From Heptranchias perlo (Eukaryota): DNA of 64,000 bases. Where the stretch lies: positions 8,370,001 through 8,434,000 of the forward strand of contig NC_090364.1 of the NCBI RefSeq assembly GCF_035084215.1, in the 5' to 3' direction. The translations under genes were made by a program, and so were the position numbers. Of this stretch, positions 1-14,400 are shown piece by piece; within the stretch, counting starts at the first letter, position 1, and each line of letters opens with the position of its first letter. The notes under the pieces were generated by a model, which worked only from the letters and a program-made list of their open reading frames with translations, was not told the DNA's origin and ran no database searches.

Positions 1-504
1 CTTGGCATTTACGCTAAGTTTGCTTTGGGGCCAACCAGGTACTTGTGTTTATTTACATACAGAAAGGGTGTTGGTGTCCTGAAAAGAGTCTCTGTCACAG
101 GTCTGTTCACAGACCAGAGAGACCTCTTCGAGCACTATCACGGGAGCTAATCACTTTACAGCATATTTCCACTGGTATGCGCAAGTTAATTTTCTTTCAA
201 ATATTTATTTATTCCCACCCATTTTTCTCTCTCTGGCCTTCGCAGGCAGCTCGTCCACAATGCCTCCTTCTTCACTAGGTTTTCACCACAGCTCCTGCCG
301 ACTCTATAAGCCGCGTTCATTTGACACGAGGCCTGGGGGAAGGAGTGGGTTGAACGATCTCTCTCCAGATCAAGCACCACACTCCAGGACCACTACAAGC
401 CCAACAGACTGCAAACAAAACTCAGCAGACTGGGGTGAACAAGCTGGAGTGCCTTGGATGGGGTTAAAAAGAACATCTGTTTTGGGACAAACACAGAAAG
501 GACT

Positions 505-610
505 GGGATCGCACAGCAGGTCAGTCAGTATCTGCGGAGAGAACAGACAGGCTAATGTTTCAAGTGCGGACCCTTCTTCAAAACTGAAAAGTAAGAGGTG
601 GAGAGAAGGG
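505..610 (-). mobile_element. Degenerate Penelope-like element terminal (pLTR) remnant
   Basis: Reverse strand reads ttgaagaagggtccgcacttgaaacattagcctgtctgttctctccgcagatactgactgacctgctg, a decayed version of the Penelope tail also seen at 14870-14965. Confidence 0.5.
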
Positions 611-1108
611 ACTATAAATATATAAAAAAAAGACAAACCCAGAGTGGAATGATGGTAATTCGGAGTTGGCTGCTCAACTACAGGAGGCAAACGGGCTGCT
701 CAAAATAAATGTTTTCTACATTATTAATTTATTTTTCTCTCCTCTCAGGTGTCTCCCTCTCCACAGCACTAGGTACTATTCACTGACAGACCTGACTAGA
801 CCATGGATAGTATCTCTGACTGTGACAAATGTAGTAAGGTAACTACACTTCCTCAGCTCCCTACTTCTTAAGCTCAGTCTTAGTCTACATATTGGTAGAT
901 GTCTTCACTGTAGTCATATTGCCAATTCCTTTTGTAAAATCATTCTTTGGATCAATAGGTTAGTTTCCGTCATCTCCCCCCCAATTTAATCCCCAATTTT
1001 TGCGTCCTTCCTTCCCGAAGGTGAATCACATTCCATTCTCCACTATTCACTATGTGTTTGCACACTCCTAGTAACACTATGCAGCACAAAATTTTCAAAT
1101 TTATAGTG

Positions 1109-1492
1109 CCCATTTACAGTGCCCCTCTAACTCAAGTCTCAAAGACCATCCATTTACAGTATCCCTCTAACTCAAGTCTCAAAGACCACCCAATTACAGT
1201 GCCCCCTAACTCAAGTCTCAAAGACCATCCATTTACAGTTTCCCCCTAACTCAAGTCTCAAAGACCACCCATTTACAGTGCCCCCTAACTCAAGTCTCAA
1301 AGACCACCCATTTATAGTGTCCCTCTAACTCAAGTCTCAAAGACCACCCATTTATAGTGCCCCCTAACCCAAGTCTCAAAGACCACCCATTTACAGTGCC
1401 CCTCTAACTCAAGTCTCAAAGACCACCCATTTACAGTGTCCCTCTAACTCAAGTCTCAAAGACCACCCATTTACAGTGCCCCTCTAACTTCA
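1109..1492. repeat. 39-40 bp minisatellite, about 9.5 copies
   Basis: Unit CCCATTTACAGTGCCCCTCTAACTCAAGTCTCAAAGACCA is repeated directly with few substitutions. Confidence 0.95.
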
Positions 1493-1518
1493 GTCCAGAG
1501 AGACGACTAGTTCATGGT

Positions 1519-1765
1519 TTTTTTTTTACATTTGTTCTCGGGATGTGGGCGTCACTGGCAAGTCGCCCTGAGAAGGTGGTGGTGGGCCTTCTACTTGAAC
1601 TGACGCAGTCCGTGTGCAGAAGATGCTCCCACAGTGCTGTTGGGGAGGGAATCCTAGAATTTTGACCCAGCGACGATGAAGAAACGGCCGATACATGTCC
1701 AAGTCAGGATGATGTGTGTGACTTGGTGGGGGGGAGGGGGAAACTTGGAGGTGATGGTGTTCCTA
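1519..1765 (-). mobile_element. 3' end of the CR1/T1-like LINE family seen at 8733-10070
   Basis: Reverse complement matches 9820-10070 (gacgcccacatccc...poly-A; ttcatcgtcgctgggtcaaaat). Confidence 0.8.
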
Positions 1766-3368
1766 CGACAGTGATACGAGATTGACTCCCTAATATTGAT
1801 CCTAAAAACCTGATAATATAATCTATGTAACCTTATAATTAAAAAAAGGAAATTGATACATTTTAATTCTTGATTCTAAACTAATCCGAGTGACTTTGAT
1901 TTTCCCCCAGGGTGGACATATATTTGGAGTCGGCTCATATCTGAGTATATACGGTAACTTTCTCTGACGGAAGTTCAAGGCTTTCTAAATGGAAACTCTT
2001 GCTGCACACGTGTAGAGGTAAAGTACAATCTCAAGGGATTGGTTCAATTCATTCCACTTCATTCAGTTGGAAAGAGGTGAGTGGGCTGTACTTTATATTA
2101 TAAAAATATAAGTAGCAAATTAAACAAGAAATGTAATTTAAAAAAAAAAATTCAACGAGTCCCATTCGGGAAAATGCCGATTGGTAAAAGCAACGTTTAA
2201 CCGAGAGATGTAGACTGGGGTTTGCTTCCCAATCTGTGCTGAGCAAACTGTCCTGGGATGGACGTAGGCTTGCTACAATTTGCCTCAGCGCTCCGGAAAT
2301 TGGGAGAGGAAAGAAAAGCAAAAGGAAAAAAAAAAAATCGGTCGGGTTTCCCGGCGCTGAACCTGGTCCGGCGATTGTCATCCTGGTTCACCCGAAGACC
2401 AGATCAGGCTTTGCTGCGAAGTCCCCCACGGTTGAACATGCCAACTTATATATGAATCTTTAATCACTCGGGCGAGGTATTAGAGGTCGGACGGTGCCCA
2501 TGGAATTTTACCCCAGTAAGGAGTCAACACCTTCGGGGGAGGGGGAGAAAGTCAGAACATTGGTAAGCACGATAAAAATCAATTTAAAGAAGAATTTTTT
2601 TAAAAATCAAATAGTATTTACTGCTCTTGGGGTTGTCTCAAAATGATCTGGTATTGTGAGCATCTGCGGTTCTGTTAACTGGTTCATCTAATACCCCATC
2701 CTGGATAACTTGTACATCTCTGGGAGTTAACCCCGTCTGAACTGAATTTAACTTCAAACCAGCATCAAAATATAAATGAACCCCCAAAATCCCTAATAAA
2801 TCAGTAAACATCATGAAATATGGAAGCACCTTATAACTGGGGTCTTTAATCTTTTCAGTCACTTGGCTTTCATATGGACAGTGAAAAGTAACTTTAGGAG
2901 CCTCTGTGATCATCACCTAAAACTTTTACTAATGACTCACTAAAAGTAACTATAAAACATTTCGGACTTCCTTGTTTTTTGAACAGACAGACCAGTCACA
3001 TGCTGTGCAAGGTTGCTGGTTGTTCTGTTTAAGTATCCCTTGGTGTCTTTTCGCTTCTGTGTATTATTTCACTTGTGAATAAATCTGACCAGTTAGTCTT
3101 AGCCTGTGAGCACTGATCTGGTGACATGTTAATTTCTGCTGTGGGAGGTGATGGGAGGTGTCTAGTGGGCATCCCATGCATTTTCCAGTAAGGAAATCGC
3201 AGCAAAAAATATTAAACCTGGACATGCTAATTCTAGTAAGGGAGAAGGAGAACTGATACAACCTTTGGTTCATAAATTAATCTCTGCTTGTGGAAACTGT
3301 AGTCTAGCCATGAACATGTGAGAACCTGTTGGAAATGCGTTTTGAGTTCCTGTGGAGAGAGACTCCAG

Positions 3369-3877
3369 CATCTATAGGAAGGACATATTGGCCTTGGGGA
3401 GAGTGCAGCGTAGGTTTACTGGAAGTAAAGGGTTAAGTTACGAGGAGAGATTACACAAATTGGGGTTGTATTCTCTAGAGTTTCAAAGGTTAAGGGGTGA
3501 TCTGATCGAAGTTTATAAGATATTAAGGGGAACAGATAGGGTGGATAGGGAGAAACTATTTCCGCTGGTTGGGGATTCTAGGAGTAGGGGGCACAGTCTA
3601 AAAATTAGAGCCAGACCTTTCAGGAGCGAGATTAGAAAACATTTCTACACACAAAGGGTGGTAGAAGTTTGGAACTCTCTTCCGCAAACGGCAATTGATA
3701 TTAGCTCAATTGCTAAATTTAAATCTGAGATAGATAGCTTTTTGGCAACCAAAGGTATTAAGGGAAATGGGCCAAAGGCAGGTATATGGAGTTAGATCAC
3801 AGATAAGCCATGATCTTATCAAATGGCGGAGCAGGCACGAGGGGCTGAATGGCCTACTCCTGTTCCTATGTTCCTAT
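3369..3877 (+). mobile_element. CR1/HER1-type LINE 3' fragment (young subfamily)
   Basis: ORF 3352-3795 has CR1 ORF2 C-terminal motifs (YEERL..LGLYSLE.RLRGDLIEVYKI, TQRVV.VWNSLP). The 3' tail ends gaatggcctactcctgttcctatgttcctat. Confidence 0.9.
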
Positions 3878-4629
3878 CGAGCTGTGCCAAAGGATAAATA
3901 TAGGCATTTTGGTCAAGTAAATATTTAGTGATTATAAATAGTTAATATCCTGAATATGAACGCCTAGGCAGTTGTATAACAGCCCATGGTGGCACAAACA
4001 CACTCGTGGGTAGTCCTTGGTTCAGTGCTATGGCTGGAAGCTAGTAAGCAATGTGGGATTTGTAGGGATGGGCAGGGAGTAAAAATAATATAGAAGTAAT
4101 GATTTAGTTATACAAATTTAGCGACTTGAATATCACGATTCATGATGTGTGATGGTTTAGTGAACAGCAAATGTTTATGTAATTTTTCTTTTCCTGAAAT
4201 GGTTTATTGCAAGAAAAGGAGGGAGTGGAATTAAGAGCCCCTCCCCCCTTGGATTCCCATCCCCCACCTCCTTTCCTGAAGGTGATGTCATGCAGAGGTA
4301 CAGCTCTGTGGGTGCTGGCTGCTGTTCAGTATCTTGCTCAAGTGGCTGTTGACTATTCGACCATGCAGGGCATCACACCTACGCCTAATCCCGCCCTGAA
4401 TCAAGTGTGCGCACTTTCCAGCATTGAGGCTACTCCTGGCTGTTCCACTCGTCTGAGCCTGACTAACTCAAAAAAAGACCAGAGATTAAACCTGGTTCAG
4501 TACACAGGGGAGTGTGTTTACTTACTGAACTGCCAGAGCAGCTCTTCAGGGCTGGTAACCAACAAATTCTGAAATATATGACTCCTGACTGTGTGACAAG
4601 AGTTCGAATTAATCGTCTCAATAGACTTT

Positions 4630-4905
4630 CGTTTTTGTAGATGTTAAACTGAGGTCCTGTTTCCCCTCTCAGGTGGACGTAAAAGATCCCATGGCACTAT
4701 TTTGAAGAAGAGCAGGGGGAGTTCTCCCCGGTGTCCTGGGGCCAATATTTATCCCTCAACCAACATCACTAAAAAAACAGATTATCTGCTCATTATCACA
4801 TTGCTGTTTGTGGGATCTTGCTGTGCGCAAATTGACTGCTGCGTTTCCAATATTACAACAGTGACTACACTTCAAAAGTACTTCATTGGCTGAAAAGTGC
4901 TTGGG
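4630..4905 (+). mobile_element. Deu-domain SINE (SacSINE1-like), partial
   Basis: Core ctcaggtggacgtaaaagatcccatggcactat...ccaatatttatccctcaaccaacatcac...cacttcaaaagtacttcattggctg recurs about 10 times in the window. Confidence 0.8.
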
Positions 4906-5333
4906 TCTTTGTTTTGGCGGGGTGGGGGTGGGTGGAGGAAGGCATTGATATAAAAACAGCCGTCTCTCACTAATGGCACATATTGATTGGGATTCACACT
5001 GCCACAATGTGCTATCCAAAGGAGGATCTATGGCAGTGGCGGTATTGGGATTTAAGTATAGTTGTCAGAAAACATACTTGGATCTCAATCACTATTTCAA
5101 CGAGATGCAACAATCAATGGGAGAAATGGACTTGTTTTAAAAATCAGACTTGTTTGGATTAAATTTTAGAAATATCCTGTTATCCCAGTCAGAAACTCAT
5201 CTTTCTGGTTTAAAACTGGGACGGTGGTTAACTTAGTCAAGGGGCCACTGCCTGTGAAGATTCTGCAGACAATTGTATGAGGGAGAGTCTACATTGTGCC
5301 TCAGAGTAAAGTCTGTTTTTCAATCTGTTCCAG

Positions 5334-5408
5334 ACTGCGCAGGATGTGGGCATGGGCACTGCTCCCGATCTTGCTGGCGTTCACTGCGGCGGGAGGATTC
5401 TGGGCCGT
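5334..5408 (+). CDS. tmem150b: tmem150b first coding exon (ATG at 5344)
   Basis: Acceptor tgttccag|ACTGCGCAGG-ATG; donor GT|gtaagt; encodes MWAWALLPILLAFTAAGGFWA(V). The acceptor implies an upstream non-coding exon that was not located. Confidence 0.88.
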
Positions 5409-8400
5409 GTAAGTACGGGTTGAGTACCAGCGCACATCACGTTTGTATAAATCACCACAACAATCCAGTCACAAACGTCCCATTACACATCACTCTCGAC
5501 TCCAGGCAGACCAACGATCAGAACCTGAAGTTACAATGCACCAAACCCCCTTCCCATTCACTCTCTTTATACAGATAAAGTAACCATGCAAGCTGCTGAA
5601 TTCTCGCAAAAACCCAACTAATGTCCATTAATGTCCTTAAGGGAAGGGAGCCAGTCACCCCTACCCTAGTCTGGCCTACATGTGACTCCAGTCCCATATT
5701 ATGTGGTTGACTCTTAATGCACTCCGTGCAACTAGAGATGGCAATAAATACTGCCTTGTCAGCATTGCCCACATTCCAAGGACAAATTATATCCCATTCT
5801 TTCCTCTTCTACAACCGACCATATCCCTTTCCATCGCCCTCCTCTAACAACTTGCATTTAAATAGCTCCTTCAACAAGGGAAAACGTCCCAAGGCAAAGA
5901 GTAGAAAAACAGAATATTTTTTAAATGGTGAGAAACTATTAAATGTTGGTGTTTAGAGAGACTTGGGTGTCCTCGTACAAGAAACACAAAAAGTTAGTAT
6001 GCAGGTACAGCAGGCAATTAGGAAAGAAAATGGCATGTTGGCCTTTATTGCAAAGGGATTGGAGTACAAGAGTATGGAAGTCTTACTACTAAGGGCCTTA
6101 GTGAGACCTCACCTGGAGTACTGCGTACAGTTTTGGTCTCCTTATATAAGGAAGGATATACTTGCCTTGGAGACGGCACAACGAAGGTTCACTGGATTCA
6201 TTCCTGGGATGAGAAGGTTGTCCTATGAGGAGAGGTTGAGTAGAATGGGCCTATACTCTCTGGAGTTTAGAAGAATGAGAGGTGATCTCATTGAAATATA
6301 TAAGATTCTGAAGGGGCTTGATAGGGTAGATGCTGAGAGGCTGTTTCCCCTGGCTGGAGAATCTAGAACTAGGGGGCATAGTCACAGGATAAAGGGTGGG
6401 CCATTCAAGACTGAGATGAGGAGGAATTTCTTCATTCAGAGGGTTGTGAATCTTTGGAATTCTTTACCCTAGAGGGCTGTGGATGCTGAGTCATTGAATA
6501 TATTCAAGACTGAGATGGATAGATTTTTGGACTCTAGGGAATCAAGGGATATGGGGATCGGGCGGGAAAGTGGAGTTGAGGTCGAAGATCAGCCATGATC
6601 TGATTGAATGGTGGAGCAGGCTCGAGGGGCCGTATGGCCTACTCCTGCTCCTATTTCTTATGTTCTTGTTATGATCTTTACATAAGCATTACATGAGCCT
6701 CAAAAGGAGACAGGTGACTAAAAGCCTGGTCAAAGAGGTGTGTTTTATGGAGGTGAAAGAAGTAGAAAGGTTTAGGGAGGGAATTCCAGAGTTTTGGGCC
6801 TAGATCGCTGAAGGTACGGCTGGTAATGGCGGGGCAAAGGGAGTGGGGGATGCACAAGAGGCCAGAGTCAGAGGAACAGAGAGTTCAAGGATCCCCATAT
6901 CCCTTGATTTCCATCAGTCAGTAGCCTCGCTGCTACTCACTAACCAGCTCGTACCTTATCTGTACCACGCATGATGGGTCGTGACTGTGATCTACAACTT
7001 ATTATCACCAGGTGCCTGAGAATAAATAAGGAGAGGAATCTGGGACTCTCTTTTGGTAAACCATGGAAGTGTATGGACAATGTGGACTGAAAAGTCCTCG
7101 GCCCAGTGAGCCCCAATCTGAGCCGAGTCCTAATCACAGCCAGATAATGGAAGCGATGCTACGATTCACCTCATAGCTTAAGGGGTGCGGGAGATAAAAT
7201 CCCTGCCCCTTATCATTATCCTGCTGCTAACTGGTGGAATTAGGCTTGAAAACCTGCCAACTTTCCTTATCTTGGCTCACACATGAAAAGTGCCCACTTG
7301 GGGAGGTAACTGTGGAATTGCACTTTAGCTTGATAGAGGAGAGTTGGGGAGGAAACGGAGATAAAAGACAAAAATAAAGTGAAGTTAAAAGTTGGTGCAT
7401 CTCAGGGAAGTTGGGGGATCTCACATTAGCAGACTGTATGAACCATACTTGGGGTATTGTGTTCAACTCTGCTCACGCTGCTATAAAACCCATTTGCAAA
7501 CATTGGTGAGGGTTCAGAGAAGAGCCACTAGACTGATCCCAAATGTCACTCCTCGATTTTAAAATTCTCATTCCTGTTTTCCAATCCCTCAATGGCCTCG
7601 CCCCTTCCTAACTCTGTAACTTCCTCCAGCCCTAAAACCCTCCGAGATCTCTGCGCTCCTCCAATTCTGGCCTCTTACGCATCCCGATTTTCATCACCCT
7701 CCACCATTGGTGGCTGTGACTTCAGCCGTCTAGGCCTTAAGCTCTGGAATTCCCTCCCTAAACCTCTCCGTCTCTCTCCTCCTTTAAGACGCTCCTTAAA
7801 AGCTAAGTCTGTGACCTTGGTCACCTGTCTGAATGTCTCTTTATATGGCTCGGTGTCAAATTTTGTTTGATAATCGCTCCTGTAAAGTGCCCTGGGATGT
7901 TTTACTATGTTAAAAGGCACTATATAAATGCACGTTGTTGTTAAGGGTATGGGCTATGAGGTAAGCTTTAGCTGTACAAGTCTAGGTAGAAGTTAGGTAT
8001 AGGGTTGGAGTGTTTAAGTATTAAACGGTACAGATAGAATATTACCCTAAATTCAACCAAGAAAGTAGGACCAGAGAGCACAAATTTAAATAGGTGAAGA
8101 AATAATTTTAAAATTAGATATTAGGAAGAGATTCTTTTCTTAGAGTGAGAAGTCTTTTTCACGATCTGCCAAGTGAGGTGAGGTAAATACATTTGGTACA
8201 CTGAGGGTGGGCACTGTACTGAGAGACCCAGGGTACTGGATGGAGTTTCTCTTCCTTAGCTCTCATATTTTCTTCCACAGGTCACTGCAATTCACTTCAA
8301 ACATGATTCATTGTGTGAAGGACTTTGAAATGACTAAATCTGATAAGGTGCTACTATAAATGTTGGAAAGATTCGTCAGAATTTATATCATAGTAGGTGC

Positions 8401-11400
8401 AGCACAGGAGGAGGCCATTCGCCCATCGTGCCTGTGCCGGCTCTTTGAAAGAACTATCCAATTAGTCCCATTTCCCTGCTCTTTCCCATAGCTCTGCACA
8501 CATTTTCCCTTCAAGTATTTGTCCTTATTGAAAGTTACTGTGTCCTTTAGAGTTTAATATGAGATGCCAGATTGAGCTCATTCCGAGTCACCCAATCTAA
8601 ATGTGACTCTAATTAAAACTAATGGATCAAAGTCTGATCAGCTACCAAGTGTATTACAATTCATCAAAGCTTGAGATACCATTTAACACTTGCCTATCTC
8701 TGAATTGTCAAAGATTGTGGATGTAATGTGTCATGGAAGGTGTCGTCGACAGTGCTATCAAGCGGCACTTACTCACCAATAACCTGCTCACCGATGCTCA
8801 GTTTGGGTTCCGCCAGGACCACTCAGCTCCATATCTCATTACAGCCTTGGTCCAAACATGGACAAAAGAGCTGAATTCCAGAGGTGAGGTGAGAGTGACT
8901 GCCCTTGACATCAAGGCAGCATTTGACCGACTGTGGGACCATGGAGCCCTAGTAAAATTGAAGTTAATGGGAATCAGGGGGAAAACTCTCCAGTGGCTGG
9001 AGTCATACCGAGCACAAAGGAAGATGGGAGTGGTTGTTGGAGGCCAATCCTCTCAGCCCCAGGACATTGCTGCAGGAGTTCCTCAGGGCAGTGTCCTTGG
9101 CCCAACCATCTTCAGCTGCTTCATCAATGACCTTCCCTCCATCATAACGTCAGAAATGGGGATGTTCGCTGATGATTGCACAGTGTTCAGTTCCATTTGC
9201 AATCCCTCAAATAACGAAGCAGTCCGAGCCCGAATGCAGCAAGACCTGGACAACATCCAGGCTTGGGCTGATAAGTGGTAAGTAACATTCGCGCCAGACA
9301 AGTGTCAGGCAATGACCATCTCCAATAAGAGAGAGTCTAACCACCTCCCCTTGACATTCAATGACATTACCATCGCCGAATCCCCCACCATCAACATCCT
9401 GGGGGTCACCATTGACCAGAAACTTAACTGGACCAGCCATATGAATACTATGGCTACAAGAGCAGGTCAGAGGCTGGGTATTCTGCGGCAAGTGACTCAC
9501 CTCCTGACTCCCCAAAGCCTTTCCACTATCTACAAAGCACAAGTCAGGAGTGTGATGGAATACTCTCCACTTGCTTGGATGAGTGTAGCTCCAACAACAC
9601 TCAAGAAACTCGACACCATCCAGGACAAAGCAGCCCACTTGATTGGCATCCCATCCACCACCCTAAACATTCACTCCCTTCACCACCGGTGCACAGTGGC
9701 TGCAGTGTGTACTATCCATATGATGCACTGCAGCAACTTGCCAAAGCTTCTTCGACAGCACCTCCCAAACCCGCGACCTCTACCACTTAGAAGGACAAGA
9801 GCAGCAGGTACATGGGAACAACACCACCTGCACATTCCCCTCCAAGTCACACACCATCCCGACTTGGAAATATATCGCCGTTCCTTCATCGTCGCTGGGT
9901 CAAAATCCTGGAACTCCCTTCCTAACAGCACTGTGGGAGAACCTTCACCACAGGGACTGCAGCGGTTCAAGAAGGCGGCTCACCACCACCTTCTCAAGGG
10001 CAATTAGGGATGGGCAATAAATGCCGGCCTCGCCAGCGACGCCCACATCCCATGAACGAATAAAAAAAAAGAATCCATTTCTTCCTCAATTTTGGATAGC
10101 TTTCAGGCCTTTCAAGGTTTGCATCCAACCTCTGGACTTATGCTAATCCTTAGTGATTGCTGCTAACACATCATACCTGATTCACAATAATATCCTCAAG
10201 TAGATCAGTATCTCTTTCAGGATCAGCAGTTCTTTGAAATACCAGTTTACAGTTTAATGTTATCTTGTCTGGTTCATTTATTGTATTGTTTTATGTGGTC
10301 ATAGTTCAATATTCTATTGGCTGCCCCATTTTACAGTGAACTTACTTTGATGTAAATTTCCTGCAGGTTTGGAATGGCGGTGGTAAACGGATCTGTGAAC
10401 GTCACAGTGGAGTTCCCCTACATCAGGTGATTCGGGAATTGCTGAAAGATGTGCTCTGCAAATCGTACAAGATATTGTATTTTTACTCTCACTTAATTAG
10501 CCTAGAAAAGCAGGGTGTTTCAGACAGTAGGTGTCAACATCACTGTCGCACTGCCTCCCAGCAGAGCGGCCGTCGCACTGCCTCTCAATAATGTGACTAG
10601 CAGTCCCAGCTCCACATGATCAATAGGGTTCCAATAAATGCTTTCAAGCCATGGGCATCATCCTCTCTCACCTCCCTCCCACTTTCTCCCCTCCTCTCCT
10701 GAAGGCACTCACTTTTGCCTCGGTATGATTCCAGAGAAACCATGAATCCTGCACCACAATGCCCAAATTAGCAAGTCTTCATATATGAGCCCTGATGGAG
10801 TGTTAACAGGGTATTACACCACGGAGAGCGGGGGGTGTCAAAGCTTCTGTCATTGACCAAAGTGCAGACACCAACAGGAGCTACTGGTCAGCACTCAAGG
10901 TTAAGAAGGCCCCAGGCACAATCCTCGGCTGAGTTTTCCTTTCCTTAGCCCAGTGACACAGAGGTTAATTGTAGTTTCCCCCACAGTTGCATCAACTGAG
11001 ACAACCAACTTGGCTTAGACCTTGCGGGTCTGTTTCGGCCAAATGTGGTAAGCCATCAGGGAAGTCATAGTGAGGGATAGATATAGGACAAGGAGACAAC
11101 TTGATTTTGACATCTTCATCTTGCTTTCAGGCCATCTTCAGTATTGCACTTTACCATTGGGATACCCTGTGTCTGATTTTTTGAAACCCCTCTGCGGACA
11201 GACCTGGCTTGTGCTAAGTGACGCTGTAACGATGCAGCTGAGATTAGGAATTATGTAGAATGAGGGCTCAAACACACCTTCCTCCACCCCGTGCTCCTTC
11301 AACGCTCCACTGATCACTATGGTAGTTTATCCCCCTCCTCTACAGAAAGTACAGCTCCTCGCTGGGGTACAGTTCCATAGGTACTGATCACTCTCCACTA

Positions 11401-14400
11401 CTCTCTTACTCAAAGAAGATTAAGGGGTGATCCAATTGAGGTGTTTAAGAGGATCAAAGGAGTTGATAGGGTAGATAGAGAGAAACTATTTCCTCTGGTG
11501 GAGGAAGTGCAGAACAAGGGGGCATAACCTTAAAATTAGAGCTGGGCCGTTCAGGGGTGATGTCAGGAAGCACTTCTTCACACAAAGGGTAGTGGAAATC
11601 TGGAACTCTCCCCCCGAGAAAGCTGTTGAGGTTGGGGTCAATTGAAAATGTCAAAACTGTGATTGATAGATTTTTGTTAGGTAAGGGTATTAAGGGTTAT
11701 GGAACCAAAGATGGAGTTAAGATACAGATCAGCCATGATCTAATTGAATGGTGGAATAGGCTCGAGGGGCTGAATGGCCTATTCCTGTTCCTATAAACAT
11801 AGTCTTTATGTATGACCCTAGACGGTGTGTTGAGGGGTGGTGGGGAGGGGGAGGTGGTGGTGGGGAGAGCATCTCAGCCAAGCCCTGACTTATCCTCACC
11901 TGAAGTCCACACCAGAACACTTGCCAGGAGGGTCACTGCAGAGCAAACAGAAGGTGATTTTTCCCCTCCTTGGACCATGGGCAATGAGGCCAATTGTAAC
12001 AGCCCAACCACCACCCTGAGTGAGATCAACTCAGGTGGGAATTGTACCTGGAACCTTCCCGGTTTGTATGGCTCAGTAATTCACTTCCTTAACTAGGTGA
12101 ATCATTCACGGTACATTTTCAAGTTAAGTAATACACATGGACTTTCAAAGGGCCTTGGATTAGGTACCCACATAGACTCATGACTAATGTCAGAGCACGT
12201 GGAGTCAAGGAACAGATAGGCAGAACGGATAGCAAGCTGGCTACAAAACAGAAAACAGAGAGTAGGGGTTACTCAGACTTGTGGTCGGTGGGAGGTGGTG
12301 TTCCACAGGGATTGGTACTGGGACCACTGTTGTTCACCATTTACATAAATGATTTGGCCTTGGGAATCGGATGTACAATATCAAAATTTGCGGACAGCAC
12401 CAAATTGGGGGGTACAGTTAATACTGAGGAAGACTTAACAAACTTGCAGAATCGGCGTGTGAAGGGCAAATTAATTTCAATATAGTAAGTGTGAGGTGCT
12501 GCATTTTGGTAGGAAGCCACATACTCCTTGGAAAATAGGAATCTAAATGGGGTAGAAGCACAAAAGAATCTAGGGGTACAGATATATAAAGGATTAAAAG
12601 TAGCAACGCAGGTTAATAAAGCCCATAAAAAGTGCAAACAAAACATTGGGGTTCATTTCTAGAGGAATAGAATTCAAAAGCAGAGAAATTATGTTAAACT
12701 TATATAGAACCTTGGTTAGACCACACTTGAAGTACTGGTCTCCATATTACAAAAATGATGTAGAAGCATTGGAGAAGGTGCAAAAAAGATTTACAAGTAT
12801 GATACCAGAACTGAGAGAGTACGACTATCAGGAAAGACTGAACAGGCTGGGACTGTTTTCTCTAGAAAAGGGAAGACCGAGAGGTGACCTGGTAGAGGTT
12901 TTTAAAATTATGAAGGGGTTCGATAGGGTAAACGTAGAGAAAATGTTTCCAGCTGTGGGTGAGTCCAAACTAGGGGTGACCTGATAGAGGTCTTTAAGAT
13001 TATGAAACGGTTTGAGAAGGTAAACGTAGAGAAATTTTTCCGCTTGTGAGGGGGGGTCCAAAACCAGGGGTCAGAAATATAAGATAGTCACAAATAAATC
13101 CAAAAGGGAATTCAGGAGAAACTTCTCCACTAAGAATGTGGAACTCGCTACCACAAGGAGTAGTTGAGGCGAATAGCATTGATGCATTTGAGGGGAAGCT
13201 AGATAAATACATGAGAGAGAAAGGGATAGAAGATGTTGACAGGGGGAGATGGAGTAAATAGAGTGGGAGGGGGCTCGTGTGGAGCATAAACCGGATGGGC
13301 TGAATGGCCCATTTCTGTGCTGTAAATTCTATGTAATGTAAGTTACAGGGGTAAAAGCTTTATCTTTGATTTTTTGTGTTCTCTGCTCAGTACCTGTGGG
13401 GCGTACCCTCCCCAGAGCTGCATATTCAGTCAAATCATGAACATCGGGGCTTTTCTGGGTGAGTAAGTCTCCGATACGATCTTCAATTGTGTTCTTCAAG
13501 GGTTGTGAACGGGTTGTGGGGGGGGGATGAAATATTTGATTGCATCTAATGAACGCAGGTTACTGCTCCAGTGAGGAAATCCTCCGTCTGGTGTAAAACA
13601 GAGCCACACAGGCTGTGAAGGACAAAGGATTAATCTCAGGTCTGTGCTGGGTTACTCAATTTTCGTAGGGGCAGCGGCTGGGGTACAACAAGGTAGGGGG
13701 GCGAGGGCGGGGGGAGTGTTTCTCCTCTTGATCCTACGATCACCGGTGAAATGTGTCATAGTTTAGATGAATTATCTCCCACCTGCATGCTGATATGTGT
13801 GGCCTTCTCTTGTGAGAAGGTAGAAATGGGATACACATGTTGGAAAGAGGAATCTGAGAGGTGTGTTATGAAGACATTTTTATAGCACCTTTCACTACCT
13901 CAGGATGTCCCACAGCGCTTTCCAGCCAATGAAGTACTTTTTGTAGTGTAGTCACTGTTGTAATGTAGGAAACACAGCAGCCAATTTGCGCACAGCAAGA
14001 TCCCACGACCAGCAGTGTGATAAATGACCAGATAATCTGTTTTAATGATGTTGGTTGAGGGATAAATATTGGCCAGGACACCAGGGAGAACTCCCTTGCT
14101 CTATTTCGAAATAGTGCCGTGGGATCTTTTACGTCCACCTGAGAGGGCAGACGGGGCCTCGGTTTAACGTCTCCTCCGAAAGACGGCACCTCCGACAGTG
14201 CGGCACTCCCTCAACACAGCACTGGGAGTGTCAGCCTAGATTTTGTGTTCAAATCTCTGGAGTGGGACTTGGATCCATGACCTACCAACTCAGAGGTGAG
14301 GGTGCTACCCACAGAACCTAACCCTAACCCTAACGCAGTCCCATTAGGAGAGTCTCTGAACATGCAGCATGCTTGGTGTCGCTGCTTGCCACATGTAATG

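Noticed and set aside
1109-1492. CRISPR-like appearance of the tandem arrays here and at 62418-64000
   Set aside because: There are no unique spacers and no cas genes, and the context is eukaryotic.
1911-1957. Exon-like segment (cccag|...|gtaact) as a tmem150b 5' UTR exon
   Set aside because: It cannot be distinguished from a decayed DNA-transposon terminus (gagtatatacggta) and has no independent support.
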